Shown here in pieces: positions 45,250 to 55,926 of a stretch of DNA of 64,000 nucleotides (the first letter of the stretch is position 1; each line of letters begins with the position of its first letter). The notes beneath the pieces were generated by a model, which worked only from the letters and a program-made list of their open reading frames with translations, did no database searches and had not been told where the DNA came from. The translations under genes and the position numbers were made by a program. Source of the stretch: Perkinsus chesapeaki ATCC PRA-425 (taxonomy: Eukaryota; Protista; Perkinsozoa); the NCBI GenBank assembly GCA_013115145.1, contig JAAPAO010000068.1:30851-94850 (forward strand), written 5' to 3'.

Positions 45250-47316
45250 AGCGAAAATGATAGAAATGATAACTTTAAAAAATATCCATGATTCAAAGGG
45301 CATCCCACCAATCCTCCTCATCGTCCTGAATAAGAAGCTTCTCGCGGGCACAGCAAGGTGGGGATGGCCTACCAGCTCGTCTGCTCTAGGAGAGATAACG
45401 TAAAGGCAAGTGAGACACTCGGACACTAAGGAGAAAATCATGGAAACCAATACGAGGAAGTTTGGGGCGTAGTCCAATAGGAAGTACAAGCGAAGGACGG
45501 TGAAGACCTGAAGAGCTCTACTGAGAGTGATGCAACGGAAACGAGCGACGCACCAGAGTTGCCGAGTAGCATCTCATGTAGCTCTGAATGCTCCGACCAA
45601 ACTCGCAAGCATCCATGGCAGAGATAGGCACATAGAGCCTGAGCAGGACGCTTGATAGGGAGTGCCAGCCTGAGTACTGTGCCGCATGCCACAGCTTAGT
45701 AGCATCTGAAGTCAATAGTACAGATGGCTGCGAAAGTGAGCCTACACCATCCAGCCGGGGTGTGGTTGCCTTGCAGAAATGCTAAGCGCGCCGGCGGGCC
45801 ATTCGCCCCGTCTCGATTTGGCCCTCCTCCTGCTCCGCCGCCGCCGTCTCCTCGCAGTTGGATGTGCTGAGAGACGCCGGGTGGGTTAACTACACCAGCT
45901 TTACTTACTCCTGGTGGCCCCGAATAACTCTTGCACCAGCTGCCTGGCCAGAGCAAGCTCACTGGCCCGAATGCCGAGGTTCCTGTTAGCGAGTACAGAT
46001 CGCGGCGTCGTACCAACGCACAGAGGCTCTGTGGGAAGATCTAGCGGAGCGAAGCTGCGAAAAACCCTACCCGCAACATAGGCAGCAGCTGACCGACTCC
46101 AACGCTTAATGCCCACACTATGATGTACGTCAGGAACAAAGAGCCGGTGCAGCGATAGAATAGCACCTGGGGGGACGCAACAGCTGCTGCTAAGAGGCGG
46201 AGGAGGAGGGCATTAATGGAGCTACCAATGAGAGGACATCCATGAGGATCACCATTCGAGAGCTCACCCCGCACACTAGACCTATGTACTGAAAAACCGG
46301 GCTGTACAGAAGACAGAAGCAATACGACTTACGTCCCAGGTTTCGAGATGGCTCTGGCGGACGAGCCACATGACAGCTGCTATCTCGAACGCACTGGAGA
46401 TCACCATGGCCGAAAGCCACGGTGCCACTGAAGCTATCGATGGTGTTGTCGCTGAAGAAGAGATACGAAGGCCATGACTAAGCGAGAGCCGCACCGCAGA
46501 TATCAGCGAGCTTCCTAGGATCGCCCAGGCCTTCCCAGGCGTCCGAACTATTGAAGACTACCGCAGCCACCATCAACGATGCTGCAGTAGTAAGACCGCC
46601 TGCATTGGGAAGGTAAGCAGCTTGCCGTAGGATGGCCGAGGCATACCGGCAAGCATCGCCACTCCTATCACTTTGTATGCTGTCAACTGAAGGTCGAAAT
46701 GCTCGTAATTGCGGACGAGAGCTTGGCTAGCGTCATCCCTGGACGGAATACCTTCCAGACCGGCCAGCTCCTAAAGGGCACGTTGTCAAGACTGGAGTCG
46801 GGTCTGAGGTGGCGTTATATGCAGGAGGCTGATGGGCTAATATTAGGCCATATAATAGCATAGCATTATAATACTATGGGATGCCGGGTAATAATATATG
46901 GGTATCTCCGCTCCAAAGCGTGTGTAACAGATAGGCATATAAATACTGTAGGCTGATATGGATTCGATACTCTATCAATATGGCTGTTATCCAAGCAGCC
47001 TTTATGGACGACAGTATATAACGGCATTCGATAATGATCTATGTGGCGGCTCTTGGGATTGCTGTCTACGGCTTGGTATCTTTTCCAATTGACTAATATG
47101 GCTCCAATGCACCGCTGGAATTTCAAATCCTGCATATCTCACCTGCTCAATCTCTTGATCCATCAACCATTGCCTCAGCACCCTAGAATCATAGCGCCGG
47201 CCCAAGTCCCGCAAATCCAGCAGTCTCGCCAGGTTCGTCGAGGCCGCCGAGGCACCCGACGGGTCAGCCATGCCTCTAGCAGCGACCACTGGAGGGAGGC
47301 GGGGAGCAGATGACAT
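45250..47316 (-). CDS. Multi-pass membrane protein, possibly a solute carrier (3' end uncertain)
   Basis: Starts MSSAPRLPP; several hydrophobic exons (WLSAMVISSAFEIAAVMWL, SLFLTYIIVWALSVGVGQLL, FLVLVSMIFSLVSECL). Confidence 0.4.
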
Positions 47317-47398
47317 CAACGCCTAGAGAGCAGCTGCGAACGGGAGCAACACAACAGCAGGACCAGCTGAAATGATAAAACAATGGTACACAAGGGAA

Positions 47399-49059
47399 TC
47401 ACAGGTTCAGATTCCACATCAGCAGAATGACCAGAATTAGGAACAACGCCTGAGAGGGGAATGTAAAGTAGCGACTGGAGACGACTCACTATAACGGTGC
47501 AGAGCTGCTTGTGATCGGAGGTCTTGAGAAGCCTCGAGAGGCCTCCCATGACGAAGTTCATCTGCTCCTGCTGTCGATCGATGTTCTCGTCCAATTCGCT
47601 AAGCATCCGCTGTTGGTCCTGGAGAGGGAGGTCGTGAATGTCAAGGATGTGGCAAATGGTCAGGAATGAATGATAAATAATACCCACATTTTTCAGCGGT
47701 TGTCCAGCGGTTGAGGAGAGAGTTGCCCATAATTTTCATCAAAGTTTTCTTCATGATGGAAAAGTTGGTACACCCGGAAGGCCAACATGCCCAGAATGCT
47801 TTTTGAGATTACAAGTGGATTCACTCTAGGGTTGTTAAACTTACGTATAATTCAACGTTGATGGCCTGAGCTGCCTCCCCTAGGCGATGAGTGACCCTCG
47901 CCAAGTCGTCCAGTTGCTCATCTTGCTCCTGGACCAACTGCTGCTGGACTTGCCGGTTCGTACCGATCAGCTTGGAGTTCTGAATGTCCCGCTATGAGAA
48001 TCACCGTGAAAGATGTCAAACGTTACCTCCTCGCTGACGGCTCGTCGAGCCTCTCCCTCTTCCATTTGCAGCATCTCTCGATCCTTGCTGAGCCTCGACC
48101 GGGCGGCCTCCGAGCTGATCGCATTCTTCACTGTGCGCACCTGAGCAACGGCGATAAGATTCCCGTGATGGTCAGAATGAACACAGGCATATGAAACCAA
48201 CGGCCACTGAGCACATCTCTCTATCGAGAGATGTTATATTCCGATTTATTCTATTGTCGATGTTTTTGTTAGTCCCGATGTATTATTATTCAATTGCATC
48301 TCCTCACTATTACTAACACATTCCTAAGAGGCTGGTAGATGTCCGGTTTACCTGCTGTCTCATCCGTGCGGCCCATTCCCTTCGACTGGTAAGCTCGCTG
48401 CTTGAACAATGCCTACAGAAAGGAAGTCTCACATGGGAAGAGTGTATGCAATACCAGGGTATCGTGGAGGACAAACAAGCAGTTGAGTCATACCGGAGAC
48501 AGTACCCGAATAAAATCCAATTTGGTGGAGGCACTAGTATTAATCAAAAACTAGAGTCCGATATATAAACGAGCTAACCTACTCTATCAGAAAGTCCGAC
48601 ATATAGGGAAAGTACAAAATATAAAGATATCAGAAAGTCCGAGCTGACCTACGCGATCAGAAACGACCGAGCTTCTTGGGCCAACAATGCCACCTTCGTA
48701 TCTTTTCGGACATCGCTATGAACTCTTACGGAAATCTTTCCGGGTGCTTTTCAACCGCTCGGATACTCGCATCGACATCTCTCAAATCAGCCGTCAACGA
48801 ATGGGTCTAAAAAGCAAGACATTCCTCATCAAAGGCGCCTGCGGCTTACATCGTCCTTCAATTTATCCTGGAGCTCCGCGAAGCTGGAAGATCTCGCCAA
48901 GTTGCCTCCATTGCTCTGCTTTGCCTGCCACTTCTGGAAGCACCTGGTCATCTCATCCACCGAGCTTTGGACCTACAACAGTATCGACCCCGTATAACAC
49001 TTAGGCGCACCTACCTCATCCCTTGCCACGTAGAACGGATCCGAGGCTGCCGACGCCAT
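47399..49059 (-). CDS. STX6: Syntaxin-6/Tlg1-like Qc-SNARE
   Basis: N-terminus MASAASDPFYVARDE; SNARE motif QEQDEQLDDLARVTHRLGEAAQAINVEL...DQQRMLSELDENIDRQQEQM; C-terminal TM ...LCTVI|VLFLILVILLMWNLNL*. Confidence 0.9.
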
Positions 49060-49444
49060 GAACAAAAAAGTCTAATTCGCACTTTGCTATCCCTTTAGAG
49101 TATCTATAAGCCTTTCCGAGTCGAGTTTTAGAATCCTCCAAGACTGGGTCGATCGGATTTCCCCGAATTTTCGCAAAGTTTTTCCTCCACATTGATCGAG
49201 CATGTGTATAAACGGTAAAGTAATGAACTCGAAGCCTTTGAGAGTGTCATGTGTGAAGGTGGTGGTGGTAGACGGTAAGATCGGTCAGACGGTTTGGTGA
49301 AATGTTCAACTTATTGGTAGCAATGTTATAATAGCCTATGGTAAAGTGGGATGAATGTTATCGAGCAACAATCGCTAAATACACTATCGCTAATCTTTTA
49401 CAAAAATTCAATCAGAATCTACAATATCGACTTCGCGGATGTCT

Positions 49445-52400
49445 TCAGTTCCTGCAGGGGACATCGTCCATAATAGTGTCATCATTGTCGGAGGAGAAGG
49501 ATCCCTCTCGGGCCAGCAGTGAGCTCGCTGCCAACGACATATTAGAAGTACAGCCATCGTCAGCAACTCGACCAGTAGAAGTCCACAGCTCGTTTATCTT
49601 CGAGTAATCAATATGACAACCTCCTGAGAGAGGGAAAATACTGATGAAAATCGGCCGCCATGCGCACGTACTATTTACAATGGTGATTTTTTGTATACCT
49701 TAATACATCCTTCCATTTAGATCAACGCCTATTCTTCGCAAGTTCACAGCGAATTACGAAAAGGCGTTATTTTTCCTGCCATTCCCCACTCACCATCATC
49801 TCCAGTAGTGACGCAAGGCGCAAAGGTAGCGTTGACTACCAGATCATCGATGGTGTAGCTGTGACGAGCTTGCAGCGTCGAACTCGTGTTACCCTCGATA
49901 CCCTGACCAGTAGCACTGATACTATCCATAAAACAACCAGAGCAATATTACCTCGACCAAGACGACGACTTCCCAGTAGCCGCAACGTGAGAGGTAGTCG
50001 TAGATGCGCTCGGCATGGCTTCGATCTCCAACGGAGGCAGCGGAAACGCCTACGAATCAAAACGTCCTGGCTGGTAATCGAACCCGGGTCGTCTTACTTC
50101 CCTCGTGCCCTGCTATTTCATCAGGCGGCAACCTGTGGGAGTATTCCGGGGGACAACCGTTAATCTCATCGTTAACTTGGTTGTAGACAATATGAGCTCT
50201 GAAAAAAACCAAGTTACATCGCTAATGACAGAAAATACACCTGCTGTATCCTATAGTATCAATCGGCCATTATAGGACAGATTTTGCAAGACCCGCTCAA
50301 AAGTGATCCCTTTTGGCTTAATCCAGGCGCTGGTCTCCACCCTTCCACGCGCACGAGTGTGGGAAAAGATACGACTTTCGGGCCTACCTAAGGTCGACTT
50401 TTGTGTGAAATGTCTCCCCACAGGTTGGGCAGCCATAGTCGTCCCGGAAGCCTTGAAGGCCATCGCACTCGCGCAGTGGCGGGAACGGGAAAGTATCGTG
50501 CCGCTGAGCTAAACGACAGCACCACATAATATTTCGTTACGCGTATCATTCACTTACATGGCGGCATCAAGGGAGAATAACGATCGATAGAGTGAATGAC
50601 CAGAGTCGGCATGGCAAGCAGCACCGAGGCGCCCAGCTCATCGTTGGGCCTGTTCAAGCGCATGTATCTGACAAGGTCTCCTGCAAGAGCGGTTGTATTA
50701 TTATTGTTGTCTATTACTCTCCAACAAATCTATATCTTCCACGATGCGAAAAGAAATAACATCTAACGTGAGCTTCTATTAATTGATGTTTTCTCATTTC
50801 AACTATTTGAAACATAAAATATGGTTTGCCATCGGAACCAGTTCTAATAACTGCTTTATCCGAGAACAGTATAGTCTCCGCACGCTTTCCTCCCCGAGAG
50901 AGCCGGGTGTATCTGATAAACCAATCACTCCTTAAATCAACAGCGCGGCCGCCGAGGCGATCAAATCTACACCAGCAATCAACACTGACGCAAAGTGTCT
51001 TCAATGTTAATCTCCCGCGATGTTAAAAATTAGCCGGGGTCACCGAGTTTCAAAAGTGCACTACGCACCCTCCAGTACTGCTGTTGTTGTTGAGGGAGGG
51101 ACGTGTCGAATGATAGCATTCCCTATTGCGCTGAGCCTGTGAAACTGCTCGCGAGCTAAGCGAATCTCTCACGTGACGTTAAAAGAGACAGTATGCCTTT
51201 CGCCTTTTGACTTACAATAGACCTATAATGGATGCATTCAGCAGCACTGTCACACAGCATTGCATTGACAATACCACAACTCCGCTTGTACAATCGGAGA
51301 AGTACCTATGACAGCGAACACCACCAAAAGATGGATGAGTTATAGCACTTACTGATCTGGTGCACCAAACCCCACTGTGGCTTGGGTCTCCATTGAGAGA
51401 TAGAATGCCCTAAGATAGCTGCCTTCGAAAAGTGCTCCACAAGGCTCGTCCACCAATAGCCACAGACCAGCAAAGGCTGCCACAACCGCTATGTAACTGG
51501 ACACGGTGACGATGAAGTAGATAGAGGATACGCCGTAGTCACTTACAACACAAGTATGCCGGCAATAAGCATGTTAGTGTTGATATCCAATACACTATGG
51601 AAGAAGTCGCTCATGTACCTGAGGCGCCGCACGATGCTGGCAAGCTCTAAGGTCCCTCTAGAAAATCAAGAAGCATCTATGAATCTAACCAATCCCAAAA
51701 AATCCACTTCGCTCTTCGAACTCTGTGCTTCAATCCTGCACGGTCGGAATTATCCTATTTGGCTACCGCAAGACCAGTAGCACGCCTAGTCCTCACGGCG
51801 GTACGCCGATAGACCTACAGTGACTGCAGCTGATTCTTCCTGTCAATTTTCATTGTGCCGCTGCTCTGCTTCATGGGGCGTTCTCGGTTGAGTAGTCGAA
51901 ACACCGGCTTGGATCGATGCCCTCCAGGAAGAATGGGAGCCTACCGGCGCCGAGATGACGAGATATCTTCGACTAGGAGCTCACTGATCCGCGCTTCCTT
52001 TCGAATGATATTCCGCTGTCATCGTCTTGATATGCCCCGGCGACATCATCAGCGTTACTGAAGATGACACCCTAGGTGCAGGTTCGATCCCCGGTGGCGG
52101 TGTTTTACTCGAATATTTCCAACCCAGGCCGAGTGACCATGCCCGCCTTGCTATGGAAGGTGTACTCGTTAAGGCTTTTCATTGACATCTGGTTAAACGA
52201 AGTCCACTCAGAGGGCATCCTAAACCAAGTCCATCGCTGCCGGGCCCGACCACAGCGGCTTACCCGTGAACGTTAAAGTCGTTGATAGGGAGTTCCCCCT
52301 CGGTAGCCGAGGGACGGTAGTAGACCGACGGCCGCCTTCGGGTGTTCTCCATAAACGATCTCCTCCTTCTAGAAAGATCTCCGATCCCTGGGCTTCTGGG

Positions 52401-52508
52401 AGGCATCAATTCCTCTCTTGGCTGGAGTAACTGCTGCTGCTGCTGTTGTTCAGCGAAGCTCTCCATCAGAGGCATCCTAAAACGGCGCAGAATGCCACCA
52501 GAACTCAT
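49445..52508 (-). CDS. Inward-rectifier K+ channel, paralogue 1
   Basis: M1, pore AFYLSMETQATVGFGAPDQ|YFSDC, M2 ...LNASIIGL, then RAETILFSDKAVI, HQLIEAHVR, PTLVIHSIDRYSPL, WEVVVLVE|GIEGNTSSTLQARHSY and IDYSKIN. Confidence 0.9.
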
Positions 52509-53218
52509 CCTCCACTATACAGAGATATCTTTTCTCCACATAATGAATGCAAAATTTGCCCATCATTATCCTTCACATGAAATGATGAATAAAACTAAGC
52601 AAATATTCCCCCCGTGGTGGTCTACTCTAGGGTATCCAACAACGTGAACGATCCCCCTAGAAGATATGATCCTTGTCATCCGATACTGTGGTATGATACT
52701 GTCACTGATACTCACCAGAGACGATTGCTTTCTTCGCAATAATTGTATAAATATTCCTATTTCTGCGCACCAGTAGTATACCTTCTACTCTACCGTTGTA
52801 CAAGTTTTCATAAATTGTTATTATTATACTCCGTTACGCGGCACAAGGAGTTCATAGACTATCATAAGGATTATATCCAATGGCCCTATCCTTGGCAATA
52901 GTCATTTTTCCTATTGCAGTCCCCAGCCAGAAACACTTCTCGACCACCCGGAATGGAAAGCACTTACGTTGGTCGGAGGGTTGTGGTATCAGTTGTCCTC
53001 ACCGTCTGCCCTGGACGCCCATCATCCCCATTAGGAGTGCTCTTAACGCTGCTGTTCGAGCTACTCGACATATACAAACGAAACTATCAACACGCTCAAC
53101 CACCTCAATCAGCCAAAACTCAATACCAACAGCGGAGCGAAGCCAAGGAACAGACAGTGAGCCGTAAAGCATGGTAAATAAAAAGAAGGGCGTAAGCCCG
53201 GACGGGCCAGGCTCTATC

Positions 53219-55090
53219 TCAATTCCTGGAAGGAACTTCCGAAATAGTTGCCTCAGCCCCTCTAGCTTCCGAGCTCGGGGGCCCGCTGACGCCCTGTACC
53301 TCCGGGCCCAGCAATGGCCAGACCGTGTTAACGTAGGAATAATCGATAACGCACGAGGAGTCTGGGAGGAGATAACCGTGCGCATGCGTGCAAGATGATC
53401 TTACCATCATTAGCTGTTCCTACACATGGAGCAAAGGTTGCATCGAGCAGCAGATCATCGATGGTGAAGCTGTGCCGAGCCTGGACTGTTGAGCTTGTAT
53501 ACGGTTCGATACCCTATATAGGGTATAACGGCAGAGAAAATTAAGTCGGCCGCCCCACCTCGACCAGAACAACTACTTCCCAGTAACCAATAGCCTTGAG
53601 ATGACTGAACAATACATCGGCCTCTTGGGAGGAGGGGACTGCTCCTCCTAAGGTGGCAATATCGAGGTCCCGGGTTCAAATCGGAGGAGCGTCATTCTCA
53701 CACCGTTATCCCCCCAGCCGGTCTACTACCACTTCCTTTTCGTTCCTCCGTATTGCCATTGCAATGGTGAGAGAATTGTTCAGGTAAGCCGGATAGTTCA
53801 TCCAGGATAGCCCTGTACCTCACGTGCGCCCTACCAGAACCAAAAATTGCAAAACAAAATACGCTTCGCTCCGCTTACCCCAACTGGCTGACCGTGTGGA
53901 AGCTTTCACCGCAAACCCTGCAGTCCAGTTCATCCCTATTACCATCAAGCCCATCCGAGCCTCTCAACTGCGGCAGTGGGAAGGTGTCTTGTGTCGTACC
54001 TGCAGCAACCTGACACCAGCGTCGGTCCACTCCTTACTATTGGGGCACATAGGAGAGTAGCGGTCTATCGGGTGCACTACTATAGCTGGAGTAACCAGCC
54101 AAATTGGAGAACCCCGTCCGTCGTCTGGCCGACTCAGCCGCATTCGCCTGCCATGGAGGTCTCCTGCAGGAGCGGTTGTATTATTATTGTTGTTTATTAC
54201 TCTCCAACGAATCTATATCTTCCACGATGCGAAAAGAAATAACATCTGACGTGAGCTTCTATTAATTGATGTTTTCTCATTTCAACTATTTGAAACATAA
54301 AATATGGTTTGCCATCGGAACCAGTTCTAATAACTGCTTTATCCGAGAACAGTATAGTCTCCGCACGCTTTCCTCCCCTTATCAATCGGGTCGTCCTAAA
54401 TCAGCCCTTTGCTTCGCTCCGCCGACAAGCCGTACAATATGCCCACAACAGATCCATTCAGCAACACCATGGCACAACACTCCATCGCCAAGGTCACCGC
54501 TGCACTAACACAGTCCGACGAATACCTATCGGGAAAATGTGCTCCTTTTTAGCGGAGCGAAGCTCTCCTTCGGATACTCACGGTTCATAAGTCATTTGAT
54601 AAAACGCCTTCCAATAGCTGCCATCAAAGTCCAATGCACATAGATAGTCGATGAGCACCCATATGGCAGCGAAGCCGGCTCGGACTGCCACATAGAGCGC
54701 GAAGACCATACCAATGAGGACGCCAGTAGAGCAGTCTAGCGCGCTATGAAAAAGGTCACTTAGTAACCTACAGGGTATCTTTCAAGGTTCAAGTTCCTCT
54801 ATCCCCACGACTACGCAGCTCTCAATTGTCCCTTCCTCGCTACCCTCATAACCTTCCTACTCCTCCCTCCACTTCTCCGTGGCAGTAGCCTCTGTGACGA
54901 ATATCCAACCATCAGGGATCCCTGGCGCCTACCGCGGTGGATTGATTAGCCTTGATGCTTTGTTCTGATACAGACAAGGCCGGCGATCGCTGACTGGGAC
55001 TGAGATCAGGCAGGTCTATCCTGACTTAGACGATGCAGCTGGCATCACTCTGAGGTCGAGGATCCCAAAACTGCGTCTCCAAAGCGACAT
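53219..55090 (-). CDS. Inward-rectifier channel paralogue 2, lacking the selectivity filter (5' end uncertain)
   Basis: Exons colinear with paralogue 1 and open through to EVPSRN*; the pore exon reads AFYQMTYEP|YSSDC. Confidence 0.8.
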
Positions 55091-55443
55091 TATAACTCCG
55101 CTCCACTCGAGAGAGGTGACTCTACCTTTTCTATGGGAGACAATCACGTTAAGACTCCCGCCCTCTACGCACTCGTGCGGTGAAATCGTCAGTGACAATC
55201 TCGCACTAGAACGACAACTGGTGCCAGTCGAGGTGCATAGTTCAACCCGTCAAACTACTCTCACTATCCCTGCTTTTCCCGCTGAGTCGTCAACAGTCCA
55301 CTACCTCAGAGTCGGCTTAGAGCCATGCGGAACCCAGAGGTCAGCGAGATAGCCACCATTTTCCTCGTACGCTAGTGGCCAACTAAGCCTTCCAAATACA
55401 GCCAGACAGACTTTGTCATCCTTACACTGCAGGAACGCCACTC

Positions 55444-55818
55444 ATCTTATTAATCTGTCGATGCTCCACAGGTGGCTCAGCCTCTGGTATCGTTGATAGT
55501 GTTCGGGCATGGCCCAGGATACACCTGACTTGACCTCCAAGGCATCTACCCCCTCCGCACAGCAGGAGTACTGGTCTACATGTCCTCCCCTACATACGTT
55601 GGCGAAGGAATCGATTTCCACACAACAACTTGGTGTCCCCATACTAGCAAGTTCCGAAGAATCCTTTCCAATGACAACTCATCATGAAAATTGCAAAGCT
55701 CAATCCAATACTCGATCCAATACTGCGGCCCAGTCGTGGAGTTCCCCACCGTTACTACCTTCCCGTCCTCATCTCCCCACCGCTCCGCCGCATTAGTCAA
55801 TCTAACTGCCCCCATCCA
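55444..55818 (-). CDS. Possible small hypothetical multi-exon gene
   Basis: MGAVRLTNAAERWGDEDGK|YWIEYWIELCNFHDELSLERILRNLL|GRTCRPVLLLCGG... can be joined by GT-AG introns; no homology recognised. Confidence 0.25.
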
Positions 55819-55926
55819 TCCCCACACAATTTGGGACAACAAAAAGGAGCACTCCTAGATTCGTAGAAACAAATGATAATCGACATATCCATAAAGGTTT
55901 AAGTAAATCCTGTTCTAAACAATAGC

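Noticed and set aside
48550-48680. Short repeats (ATCAGAAAGTCCGA) in a syntaxin intron
   Set aside because: Two to three degenerate short copies consistent with local slippage.
52880-53177. + strand ORFs between the Kir genes
   Set aside because: Short, motif-less and without supported splice structure.
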